Origin: Raillietiella orientalis
Taxonomy: Eukaryota
Assembly (NCBI GenBank): GCA_036172245.1
Contig: JAYWIR010000048.1
Coordinates: 930,001 to 994,000, forward strand
Direction of reading: 5' to 3'
Length of the DNA stretch: 64,000 nucleotides
Shown here: positions 1 to 11,799 of the stretch, in pieces
How positions within the stretch are numbered: position 1 is the first letter of the stretch
How the letters are laid out: each line of letters opens with the position of its first letter
Notes under the pieces: model-generated
Database searches by the model: none
Seen by the model: the letters and a program-made list of their open reading frames with translations, nothing else
What the model was told of the DNA's origin: nothing
Made by a program: the position numbers and the translations under genes

Positions 1-1069
1 TTCTTTGGAGGCAGGCCCTTAATAAGAGAAGCAGTCCAGGAAAGAATTAATCTCGTGCAGGATAGGGCATCTCCTTGCTCGACGTGCTGCGATCCGAAAC
101 TGCGGAAAAAGGAGGAAGAATGTCCACCGAGAGACGATGCTGCAGATGAGGAGGGAGGAAGATTGCGAGCCGGTGGAAACCAATTTATCGCTTCCCAAGT
201 TATGGGGAGATGGAGAGATGAAAAAAAAAAAACGGGGGGGGGGGGCGTCGGAAAACGAATCGAGCAAGGTGCCGCCCTTGTCGTTGGGGAGCCCGAAGAT
301 TCCAGACATCAGGAAATCGGTGCAAGAACTTTGCTGTTCGCAGCAGACTCGATCCACGTCTCCGAGCTCTTGAAGAACGAACGGAGAGTCGATATGGCGG
401 GAAAGATGGGATACTTCCCGTAAGGATCCCTTGGAGTTTGTCCAATATGGACGAGAAAAGAATGGATGAGAAAGGTACAGGAGGCAACAAAACTTCTCAG
501 AGTATCATCGCTCCTTCTCAAAATGATGATACTTGAAAATGGGCAGCAAATGATTTTTTTTTTTAACAGAAAAAAAAAAAAAAAAAAAGGGGAAGATTAC
601 ACGGAGGATTTTCAGATTTTTACGGAGGGTGGCAACAACCAACTGAAAGAACGAAGGCTCTACCTATTGTGTAAGAAACGGAATGGCCCCATTACCACGG
701 CAGACAGGAACCTCAAAAAACGTGGGTTCATTACCAGAGTTTGACTCAAAGTCAGCAGGAAAGTCTCTTCTTGTCTTTCCGTAAGGACCGCAGCGTCCTG
801 ATGGAGCGACTCTAATGAACGGTGCTTTGCTCTCAGAGAGACGAATGCTTATTAGCCCTGCTGTACGTATAAAGCGTTTGCTGCTAATTATCGTGAGAAC
901 AGACTCAAAAAAAAAAAAAGGATGCACAAATTGGGCGAGCTATTACTCGAAAGAAAGGAAGTCTCTCTGGAAGAAAGCGAAGGAAGAAAAAAAAAAAAAA
1001 ATTGACGAATGTTCAGAATCAAAAAGAACGCAAATTCGCAATGCTTGAATACGTCACGCGAATTTTTCC

Positions 1070-1860
1070 ACACTTGCAAGAGGGCAAATTGCACGAGTGC
1101 ACGGGAAAGGGCCGGCCGTTGAGGGTCAGAAGGAGAATTTTCGTGGAGAGAACTTTTGCAGTGTGCCTCTCGAAGAACTCGCGGTCCCTCCCTCGTGCGT
1201 GGGCAGCACCTGTGTTCCCACTTCGATGGAAGCAGGGCGTGCTCCTGCTGCTGCATTGGGGCTTCCATTGCAGCCAGCGAGCCCACCTCTTTTCCGGGGG
1301 AGCTGCCTTCCTGAGCCGTGGGGGGTGCGAGGCAGTGGGATCGCTCCCGCACCTGCTCTCCGACTGCGGTGCCCCCCAAGGACTGTGGCGGAGGCTGCGT
1401 TCGGCGCTGCTCCGCACCAGGAGGACACCGCCATCGGCGTCACGCGTGGCGGCCTCTCTCTAGGCGCGGTCATCGCAGCCACCTGTTGCATCCGCGCCAT
1501 CGTCGTGGCCCACCGCGTGCTGGAGTCGCGAGCGGTTCCAGAAGATGTCACCAGGATTGTAGCCTCCAGCATGAGGACAGCTTCCAGGTGGCATCAGCCC
1601 AGAGAAGAAGTCAGGAAGGAGACTGGCGGTTCTGAAACGATGGAACGGCCGAAGCCAAAGACCTGCATCTTTTTTTGTATTTTTTATATCTACTTGCGGT
1701 CCCCTCTATCCCGTTCCGGACTTTCGCTGTGCCCGACCTGAGCGTTGGGGAATTTCTCCCCTTGAATTTCTTTTCCCTTAGTCTGGGAACATATCTCCCG
1801 AGTGGTTTGCTCTTTTTTTTTTTTTTTTTGAAGAGACACTCCGGCTCAACCGGGTGGTAA
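1070..1860 (+). mobile_element. 5'-truncated L1/Tx1-clade LINE 3' fragment (ORF2 C-terminal zinc-finger tail plus 3' UTR)
   Basis: Frameshifted translation PLEELAVPPSC/PVFPLRWKQGVLLLLHWGFHC...SLPHLLSDCGAPQGLWRRL...AATCCIRAIV...MRTASRW matches the tail of the 36074-37900 RT copy; 3' UTR hairpins at 1732-1749 and 1837-1856. Confidence 0.85.
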
Positions 1861-2719
1861 AGAGAATTTTCGCTGCAGAGAAAGTCGCAAGGAGTCTTCA
1901 GTGGCGTCGGACTGCCAGCAGTGGGTCGAAAATAGCAGAGTGAAACAGGGATGAAAGAGCAGAAACCGCATCCTGAGGCAGTTTCTGTAGCTGCCATTCG
2001 ATCTCGGTCGAGCTGGCTGCGGTCCTCGTAAGCAGCTGGCTACCAGAAATCCATCAAGGATGCTTGTGACCTGTTCTTCTTCCCGACGGAGAGAGAACGA
2101 GTCCTTGACGTTCTCAGTGCGCACAAGCACTGTCCTAACTTTACCAACCCTTAACTATTCACGGACGCTCTCTCTGTGAAGCCATGTTGTTGGCTCCCTG
2201 TGAAGCAAAATCAAGTGCGCAGTTACGTAGCTGCTCCCATTCCAGGCAATCTTCACCAATTAGTAACAAATGGTCATAAATTTAAAATATCAGGAGTCTG
2301 GAGCGAAATGGCTTCCATGATGACTCGTGAGTTTCGCTTTATTTCGCCGCGGAACTTCAAGGAAGGAGGATCACGGGCTGATGAAATATTCATTCTTTTG
2401 ATGCCATCGACTGTGGAAGATTTGAATTTATGGTGCCGCAGCGCTTCGGCCATGTTGGATTCGCAGCTTCAGTTGCATCTTCGGTTTTCGCGCAGCAGCG
2501 CTGCTCGTTCCTACATCCAGCCTGCTGGCGTACCGATTTCTTCCTCCCGTCTTCTCGCATCAGGCGGCCTTTTCGATCTTCGGTTTGATTTTTGCGGTTT
2601 CTCTGGAAACAGCCCGCTCAGAGACCCCGAGACACGAAGACTCCAAGGGGTGCTGAGAAATCGAAAAGAATCGTGCCCTGCTTCAGAATGGGCACCGGCT
2701 GCCATGGAGATGCCTAGGG

Positions 2720-3131
2720 CGGCGTTTCCCCAAATTTTCCTCTGACGGAACACCTCACGAATCCCGAAATTTTAACGGAACACCTTGGTTATTTCATAGA
2801 GTAGGTAGACATTAATAATAAATAAGTTGAGCAAGTGAATGTAAGGGTCAAGAAAACAAAACGAGCATCCGTGCTCAAATTGTCATTACGTAAAACAAAA
2901 CACACGAAAATAGTGAAATGAAATGGCGTAATACGGTAAAATTACGTTCTCGAGGACGTCGACGTCCTTGGGGTCCTTGAATTACACATTCCCTTGAGAC
3001 ATCGGGCCCACGCAAAGTGGGCAGCGCCTGAGTTTCATCTTCGCGCGGCATTTAAAATACACCGATTTTCGTGATTTTTCACGGAACACTTATTGGCTCG
3101 CCGCGGAACACCAATGTTTTGGGCGACGCTG
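2720..3131. mobile_element. hAT (Charlie-like) MITE
   Basis: Imperfect TIRs CGGCGTTTCCCCAAA and TTTTGGGCGACGCTG; 8-bp TSD GCCTAGGG (2712-2719) vs GCCAAGGG (3132-3139), 7/8 match; repeated subterminal CGGAACAC motifs; AT-rich interior. Confidence 0.8.
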
Positions 3132-4699
3132 GCCAAGGGCGTCGGGCGTCTTGCACGGGAGTTTCGGATGCTCAAGGCGTCGCCTCGGCTTGGGCCGTCG
3201 CAGCAAACCAATTCTCTGTGGCGACTCGGAACTTCGTGATGCACGGAACTTCCGCACACAGCCCTTTCTTTCCCTTTTTTTTTTTTTCTTCAAAGTGCCA
3301 ATGGATCACGAAAGTGACTCTATAAGTATCCTTCGCTCGTATGGGGAAAACGAAGCGGTAATGGATTGCGAATGACTTAATAAAATCCCATCTCCTCGAT
3401 CCAATGTAGTCGTAGGAGATGAAGAAGGCAGAAGATCACTCTCAGAAGTGCTCGTGCTGGGCGCTGCCGTGCTTTCTCTTCCGGAATAAACCTCCGAGCA
3501 TCTTTCGCGAGCCCCAGAAAGTCAGAAAGGGCAAGATGCTCAGGTCAAGCGCTTCTGAAGACCGCATGTTTGTCTGCAGCGATGTGTTCCAAAGACAGCG
3601 GAGGCTCGAATCCCCTACTCCCATCTCCCTATCCAGAGTCTTTTCTTTTGCTTGTTTGTTTGTTTCCTTTCCAGAGCCCCGAAGACTGGACGTGCTCGTG
3701 TTAAGGGGAGAGTTCCATTGGATTCTCCAGGGGCGCAGTCACTCGAAAAGCATGTCAGAGGCGGAACCGGATGTCAGCACGAGAAGGAAGGAACGAAGAA
3801 ACCTCTTGGAGATTAAGAGTGGCTGCTGCTGGGTTTAGCTCTTGTTGCTAGTGGTTATTTCCACGGAAGAAACACGCCAGGATGAGGTCCTCTGGTTCAA
3901 AGTCTTCACTCAGAAGGAACCTGTGGGGGGTCGTGGCTGAGAGTGGAGCCGTAGGAGGTAGGAGGGATATTTGTCATGCGTAAGCCAGGTTGGAGCTAGG
4001 ATTATGGAGCGTAACTGTAGGAATACGAAGGTAGCTCGAGATCCGTGTGGGTAGAGAAAGAACGGTTAATGGATTGATCTTTTTTTTTCGTCTTCTCAGT
4101 CCAGAGACAAGTCCAAAGGGAAACCAAGGTACCAAGAGCTCATTCGGAATGCAGACTTTGGTAATTTCAGGACCTACAGCGAGACAGGGAGCAGAAGTTG
4201 ATGGTTGCGTTCGAGAGTGCAGCAAGCAAGTTCCAAAGAGCAGCCCCCCCGGGTCTCTTTCCTCCAGTCTCACCACTTAGCCAGGCTCACTACCGATAGC
4301 AAAAACGATTGATCTTCTAGGAAGCACTGAACAAGAACAGGGCTCCATACAACCAGACTCGCTTTCCCTGATCTAATGGAGATACATAAAACGATGTTAA
4401 TTAAAACATTTATTTTTAGCAAAGCGTAAGACCACATGGAGACCCCGATTTCCTTCCAGCGGCTCTTCCTAACACCACCGAGCGAGGTTTCGGCTCTCCG
4501 TTCATTCTTCCTGCCAAGCTATCTCCCTGCCGCATCTCTCGGACCATCTGCGACGGAGCTGGAAGCACTTCATAAAGATTGCTTCCGCTTCACGGACCAG
4601 TATTCTCGTGTTCATCTTCCTCCTCGCTCCCATTAAATGCTGTACTGGCGTTCTTTAAATTCTTGGTAGTCAGCAAGTCATTACAATGTGTCAACTCCT

Positions 4700-5450
4700 G
4701 AGAGACGCGTCCGTCTGCTACGATAAGATGCGCCTGCTGCACCCAGCTGCGCGTTGCCAAAGGAAACGTTGAGGAACTTTACACAACGCCTCCCCACGAG
4801 TTGCGATCGCACGGCTCCAGGCTGGCAAGAGGATACCCCGTTGGTTGAGAGGCAGAAGCGTTCGGCGCCCCCGCGTTCATCTCCGTGGTGTATCTTTGAA
4901 GCAAGTCCTCTCGGAATCCTCACGCACCTCTGTGCAGAAATCCACGTTGCGGTAGGATGGTTCCCTCTTGTTCAGACTGAAGGTTGAATAATTTCATGGA
5001 CGGCGGTCGTTGAGCACGGACGACTCCAAGCGTAAATTTCTCATTCACCTTAACAGAAGACGTAATAAGAAAACCTGGGACAAATTTCCCCAAGGCAAGC
5101 ACCTGATCTTTCTCGATAGGCACGCTGCTATGTGATCCTATAGAAATCCAAACAGGCCACTTGCACTACTTAGAGGGAAAAAACTCACTGAAGTCATGCC
5201 AGCCAGTCTGTTTGGATAGATGGACGGTGGAGGGTGAATCAAGGATTTTCAGGGAGAGTTTGGGAAAGAATTCGGCTCCGACCGGCTTGCCAGAGAAATT
5301 TAGCCTTTAGCGGGAAGAAAAAATTCAAGGAGCCATGGCGGAATCGAACGCGTTCGCACGTAGGTACACAAAGTTGGTACCGATGGCTTTGGCGGGCAGT
5401 TGACCTCCATGACCTGGTAACGCTTTAAATGAAACCGTGAACACATGTTG
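4700..5450 (-). mobile_element. Highly degenerate Ty3/Gypsy pol remnant (RNase H and integrase zinc-binding region)
   Basis: IEKDQVLAL...EKFTL...KLFN resembles the Gypsy RNase H motif (IEKE.LA...KF.L.TDH.PL); downstream IPRGLASKIHHG...GRRCVK resembles the integrase HHCC region. Many stops and frameshifts. Confidence 0.35.
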
Positions 5451-5633
5451 TGAGAATGCACGCAAGATCGCATCCATTTTCAGTCCTTCAGGAAATCTCC
5501 TAAAAGCCACTAGGGCCGAAAGCTGCGATGAGGCTGATCGGCAGAAGTTTTCCCGGAAACCCTTTGCAAGCAACGCTGATCACGCTGCAGATCCAAGATG
5601 GCGGGTTAGAGCTCTGCATTTTTTTTTTTTTTT

Positions 5634-6452
5634 TCATTTTCGTTCTTCAGATTCGATTCCCAGAGTGAAATCGTTTCCAAGCACGCACTCTCCTGTGGAC
5701 TCATTTCTATTTTCTGAGGACACCTTCGAACTCAACGGCGCGCTACTGGGCGCAAAACTACTGCAAAAAAATTCAACGCTACCACTGACCCACTTGACAG
5801 CTTCCAAGAAGGCGAGCTCCATTGCCTGCCCCCTGCACACAGGGCTGGAGGGGACGTAATTTGTGGGGTTCAGAGAATCAGCATCGAAGTACTCTAGAGA
5901 GAAAGCTGTTGCTGCAGTAAGCACGGGCTGAATGTCATCCCCTTTCATGAAGGGAGATTTTCGGGACTTCGATAGGAGGACGGCATTGGTGATACAAAGG
6001 CAGAATGCAACACGCGTCCTGCCGGGTGACTGCGACAAGAATAAAATATAGGGACCGTGAGGTGGCTGTGAAAACTGGGAAGTTCTTGTTTGGCCGTTAA
6101 TGGCCTGAGAATCCAAAACTGTTTCATAGAGACCAGCTTGTGGTGTTGGTGACCGTTGTGAGGATGCTCCTGTGAGAAAGACCACTGAATTAGATGAACT
6201 GAAGCCTACTGGTGATGAGGGATGCCAAAGCTTGCTGTGTGGCTTTACTTTGCATGCATTTGACGTGGATGAAGTCACCCAATGATCTGTCTTTGATGCT
6301 GTTCTGAGTAAGGTTGAGGGAGGATAGACGGAATCAGACTGTGCAGATTCATTAGGGGGTTTATTTGCATCTAGCACTCTGGGGTGAGGATGACGATTCT
6401 TGAAAGATGAAGGCATATCATCTTGAATACAACTTGATGATTTAATCATCAA
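5634..6452 (-). mobile_element. Possible BEL/Pao gag-protease remnant (272-codon open frame)
   Basis: KTDHWVTSSTSNACKVKPHSKLWHP...VVFLTGA...TVLDS resembles the BEL/Pao knuckle (H..LLH), VLL.TA and LLDSG motifs; weak, and an in-frame stop lies just upstream. Confidence 0.3.
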
Positions 6453-7071
6453 ACTGTATCACTCGCACTGATGGGCAGCACGTCCATCTCACAGCTGAGT
6501 AATAACCTCAGCTACAAGGCATTCTGAGACCACTCGCGTCTCGAAATACTTTTCAGAAAGAACGAAGACTCGTGCGAATCTTTCAAGCAGCGTTGCCGAA
6601 AAAGTGATGGTTAAACGATGTATGTGGGAGTAATAATTACACTCGTTTGTAGAGGAAGGCGGTTGCCATGTACACCTACTGACCGGATTGCTGTTTGATG
6701 GTGATAGCATGGGAATGACCGAGCGCTCCTCTTGATGGGATTTACCAGTCAAACACCAGGAATTCGCCAGTGTCCTCGCCTAACCCTCCAAACGGGGTCT
6801 CGAAATCGGAGCCCACAAAGGTCACCGGTGCAGAGAGCCTCTGCCGCAAGAAGTACCATGGAGTCTGCAATAGAGCGGGGGAGGGGGCAATAAAGTGGAA
6901 ATAGGAGTGATGCAACCTGTAAGTGATGGGATGAAATGCTAAGTGAGGGATATTATGAATTAGTTGACAGTAATAAGGCGGGTGGGAAGTTGGAAGTTCT
7001 CTAGTCCAAGAGCAGACACGAATTCACGAGTAGCTTTACGCTAGAATGTGTTCCGTATACGGGAACAGGCA

Positions 7072-7638
7072 CGAGGAGCATTTCCAAAATAAGGGCGGAT
7101 CGGATGTAAAGAAAGAACAAATAAGAGAAACAAAAGTGCATTGGCGGCTCTGAGCATCCCTCTGTCACTTTTTCCTGCGTAGTCAGCATTTTTCCCAAAC
7201 ACTGGAAACACAGGAATTGCTCTCCTTCACGACAGCGCGCGCCTTGGCAACACGTGCTGTCTGTCCCCACGTCCCAGACATTTCCAGACAATTCGGATGG
7301 GAACTTTTTCATCACCCTGTCCTGACCGCGTGCCCAATGGCCACCACGTCTCCCTTCCTGCACCTCCAGAAGTGGCTCAACCATCCGAAGGGAGGGAGCG
7401 AGGAGGAGCTGAAATCCGCAGTGCTGCTGAGCTGACCGAACCCCCAGGCGGCGCAATTTTACGCAGAGGGCTTCAAAAAGCTTCTTCCAGGGGTATCAAA
7501 AGTGTTTGGGAAAAAGAATGGTGACTACTCGAAAAATGACATGGGGGCGTATTGGTTTGGAACCACCGATGCATTTTCGTCTCTCTTTTTCATCCTTTCT
7601 CTATATCCGATCCACCCTTACTTTGGAAATCCATCTCG
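7072..7638 (+). mobile_element. Internally deleted mariner element with extended (~135 bp) inverted arms
   Basis: TIRs CGAGGAGCATTTCCAAAATAAGGGCGGATC and its inverse ending ...CCATCTCG|TA (TA at 7639-7640); transposase remnants GIALLHDSAR (HDNARPH), FGWELFHHP, FLHLQKWL, FYAEG and the KC...KNGDY C-terminus. Confidence 0.85.
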
Positions 7639-7697
7639 TAAAACCACGAAAACGTGTATTGTTGAGCCACTTGTGGTACAAAGAGTGCAACGTGCAT

Positions 7698-7804
<107 letters not shown>

Positions 7805-8554
7805 GAGATCGGTTGGAATCCGGAAGACGATCTATCGCAGGAAGATTCACACGATAGAGTTCTGTATCTTCCTTGCCGTAAACAGCTTAAAAGAAATTAC
7901 ATCTACTTAATAGAAGGAATTACATCCACATTCCTTGTCCAATGGACTTTATAACCTTTGTGTGGCAGGTTGTCTTGGAGCTTCTTATTTTGGCTAATTC
8001 GAAGATATTGAGGTTAGATAGCGTCTTAGGGTATCGAGACTGCTATGATTGCGAAGACCCTGGTACTTCATTCCTAGTACTCCCTTCCAGGATCCGGATC
8101 ACAAAAGCGACATATATCAACAGCCGACCGATGGCTTGACCTTTGCTCTTAATCCTGGCATTCATCTACGCTGTCTCACAGATGGCGTGGAAACTGGAGT
8201 CGGGGAGACGTAAGTTACGAACGGATTGTGCCTTGCGGGCGTTCGTTTCAGAATTCATTCCCTCTGTGAGAGTGCCGGCCTGGTGATTCTGCATATCTCT
8301 TCAAGGTTTCATCCGCCGGCTGTGGGATCTCCAAGAATTGCTTTCCGGGACTCGAAAATTGGGTTTTCTGAAAGCATCCGAAGCACCAGATGCAACGTGC
8401 TGGAAGAGACGAGGTTGCTGGAGCTTCCGGTAAAAGGCCACTGCAGGAATGTTAACGGGCCTCGAATATCGATGGACAGCCTATATTTTCGTGGACTTTT
8501 CCATGCCTTTAGTTTTCCAAAGCTTTCCTAAGTCAACTGCGGATAATAAAATGT

Positions 8555-8730
8555 AAGCCTAGACAATTTTAGGTCAGGTTAGAGGATCGTTCCTACCTTA
8601 TCTACCTTACCCTACCCTACGAAACCTAACTAATCTATGCTTGCCTTACCTACATCACCTACCTCACCCAAACTACCAAGCTGTCCTACTGAAGGAACCT
8701 AACCTAGCCTGGCCTGACCTCTACCCTAAG
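8555..8730. repeat. Degenerate (ACCTA/CCTAA)-like pentamer repeat tract
   Basis: Repeated tacct/aacct/accct units, preceded by a short inverse taggtcaggttag. Confidence 0.6.
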
Positions 8731-9079
8731 AGGCATCTTACATGCTTTGACTCAGAAAAGCTCATGAGCAAATGGTGCATGTGGGAAAGCAGCGTGTGGG
8801 AAAGTCCATTTCTTTAGCCATGGGTCCAACTCCATTTGCGAAAGGAAAAATCGAAACAGCGATTCGTTTTCTCAACTTGCAGGCTTTTGCGATCTCCCAA
8901 GCATCCGCTACCACGCTGTGGGTGGCGAATTCTCGATTCTGGTCCCCTTCCACAGATTTCCAGGCGTCTCTTGTGCTCCCGTTAAACCGACTTTTACAAG
9001 AGAAACAGATGGCGGCTGGTGACCGTCGATTTTTCTTCATCACTGATTGTTCACGCAGTTTTGGAGTATGGCAGAGCGA

Positions 9080-9760
9080 CGTTGGTGACGCCAGAACGTT
9101 TATTCAAAAAAAACAGACCATGAGGAGGAGGGGAAGAAAAGAACCCCTCAAAAACATGAGATGCCAGGAAAAAAAGGAAGTTCATCCAGGATAACCACCG
9201 GCACGCAGGCCGGCTTTTAAAAAGAAGGGAACGGAGGGACGGGACAGGAGCAAGGTGACAAGGGACTTTATTCAAAGACGTTTCTTTCCTCCTAGAAGCG
9301 GCTCTGGACGGTGGCGATCTCCCTGGCGACTTCTTCTGGCAGATTTGAGGCCACCTTGCTGCTGTCCTCATGAGGGCGGCTGCCACGCTGGTGACCTCTC
9401 TTCGCCGCAATCCTGACTCCAGCACGTGGTGGGCCGTCGCGACGGAGCAGGTTGTTGAGACCAAAGCATTCTTCTTCAACTCGCCTCCGATGAAGAAGCG
9501 TCGCAGCAAGTCCAAAGCGGTGTCCTGCGGTTCCGTCGCTCTGCATCTTAAACAGTGAGGGGAGGCAGTTCCTCCGGAAACCAGGTGTCGGCGCTGATTG
9601 CGCTGGAAGCACCAGTGCAAAAACAGCAGAACGTCCTGTTTGGACTCTATTGTCCTCCCTGCACGGTGCCAACACGACCTGGTACTTGGCTGTGATAAGC
9701 GACGTTGGCATGATTCGCTCCCACCGACGTCCTTCCTGAAGAGCACATCCGGTATTTTAA
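9080..9760 (-). mobile_element. L1/Tx1-clade LINE 3' fragment
   Basis: KQDVLLFLHWCFQRNQRRHLVSGGTASPHCLRC...TTCSVATAHHVLES...LMRTAARWP; 3' UTR hairpin at 9197-9214 and AATAAA. Confidence 0.85.
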
Positions 9761-11799
9761 CATGCACTTCGCATTCCTTTTTTTGTTTCGGCTGGGATGA
9801 TACTGTACGATAATGTTGGGATAGGCTAGGGAATAGGGTCATCAATGCCTAGGCTTACATTTTATGACCCGCTTTCGGAATCCTCCGTTTCTCCTGAAGA
9901 ATCCTCGACCAGCCTGCTTCGAAACACGCTTTTGCGCAAAGGGGGCACGCGTGAAGCGTGCCAAAGTGGGAACTTCACCGAAGGGGACGCAGAAAGCGTC
10001 CGTCGAAACTCTGGGAGTTGTGTGCTGGAATGCGGAAAAAGCTCAGCTTCGCGCGGTTCCTCCCACTCGCTGGAAGTTGACCGCCGCAAATGCCACCCGT
10101 AAGGCAAGAACTACCCAAACGCTGGTGCTGAGTGCGCCGAGCGCAAAAGGGCTCCATGGAAGGAGCAAGATCCCGCTCCGCTTCTCTGCTGTTGCATTCA
10201 GGGGACCTTGATGGAACCGAAGGCTTGCCGGCCTTCCAGCAACCACCCAGAAAACCTTCTTTGTGTCTGAGTGACGTAAGCAGCTTACCGAACTTGAAGA
10301 GGAGCATTTTGTCTGAGGGTGTTTCCCGATGCGTTCCTTAGCAACCATAAGTGCTTAGACTCCTCGCCGCTTTCATTTCTTGTCCGTTCTGTTGATAGCA
10401 ATCTCAAAGTTCGTCGGGACGTGGAAAGAATCCATCTGCTTGAATTACGTTTCCATGAGAACAGCGCCTGCCGATCTTGTTGACCATTCACATGCTGGGC
10501 GTAGCGACGAGTTCCGTGCAAGAAAAATACAGCGTTCGTTCATGCTGGACCTCCCCGTTCGTTAATTAGTGATACGGATGAAGTGGTCATTTCCGTGGTC
10601 CCCGAAACAAAGAAGGAAGGGGAGGAGGATTATTAGCGTGGCCGATAGGAAGTCCGATCGACCGTCGGAGGGATGCGATTACGTTAATGCAGGAAGAGCT
10701 GCTGGATCACCGCCGTTTCTCTGGAGCAAACATGAGCAAAGCGAATGCTTCTGTGCTTGGAGAGATTCGTGCTTGGGTGGGTGTCGCAGGCACGTGTCGG
10801 GATTTCTCCCCGAGGACGCGGCCTTCACTCCTGTTTCCGTCTGCCGGCGCGCAGGTGGACCGAGATGACCTCAGGAATCGCGGCAGGTTTCGAGGTCCGT
10901 TCCTGGCTGCCTTGGGGATGCTCAAGCGTCCCGCATCTGAACGAATGCACCCGTCCGGTTTCTCTGCTTTGCTTTCAACAGGAAGAAAGCGTAGGGGTGA
11001 CCCAGTGGGGACCACCCTAATTAATCCAGGAAAGAGTCCGTTCCTCTCCGCTTGGGAGGAAGGGAAAGCAGTGTACAGTATGTGTAGAGTTTTGGTACTC
11101 TTGCGCGAATTCAGATCTGTTCCTCGTTGGTTACTCTCCTCAGAATAATAGGCGATACATATTGGAGAGATTTGCATTTAGTAAAAAAAATAAATAAATA
11201 AATAATAATGATGATGAAGGTACGAGCGTGTTTTTTGTGTGTGTGTTTTTTGAACGACGGTAACACACAAAATTTAAACAGGTTATAATAAAATTGTGGG
11301 GTGCCCTGAGGAATATAGGGAGTTCTGAGAACGCTCAGTATCCCCAGGTGGCCAAACACCTTGTCTGGGTCTCTGCAGACTTGCATCGAGAAGTTCTACG
11401 GCCAAGAACGGCAGCTTCTTATGGTGGGCTCCGCCCCGTGAAGGACCAGGTGGACTTTGACGCTACTCAGGGATGTTTGCAGAACGTCCCATTCCTAATT
11501 TCGCAAAATAAGCAAGCCCTAATTACAAGAACCTAGTGTGCACGTCAGCTCCCTACTGTTCCTCCGATAAAGGAAAAAAGGGAACTCTATTTTTGGAACA
11601 ATCAGGAGAAACTCATTAGGTCCAGTGACTGCAACGAGATGCTCGAATGTAAATATTGAAGGCCGGAAGCCATCATCATCTCCTCTCCTGCTGTTTTTGG
11701 TGATCCTTGCAAAGGTGATTTTGGATGCCAGCATCATAGTGTGTTGATGGGCATTCCGTGCAGTTGCCGAACCCATGCCGGATCAAGGCATACCTGAGA

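Larger units (their letters stand above)
7900..11050 (+). mobile_element. Degenerate BEL/Pao LTR-retrotransposon pol remnant, interrupted by later insertions
   Basis: Motif remnants in the expected order: LQAFAISQASATTLWV (LH.F.DAS..AY), APVK, SMPRL at ~9842 (IPRLEL), RAVPP...AANATRK (HVP..NPAD.ATRG), DHSHAG, FRGPFL (integrase D.GP). Confidence 0.5.

Noticed and set aside
1..1060. Possible upstream RT part of the first LINE
   Set aside because: Only faint similarity (SKVPPL, LLSER) broken by homopolymer runs; not supportable.
220..1830. Many long A, T and G homopolymer runs
   Set aside because: Slippage or sequencing error is sufficient; they are not positioned as retroelement poly(A) tails.
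8784..8807. Walker A-like GKQRVGKS in ORF 8772-9194
   Set aside because: No Walker B or NTPase context; the surrounding motifs fit a decayed BEL/Pao pol.
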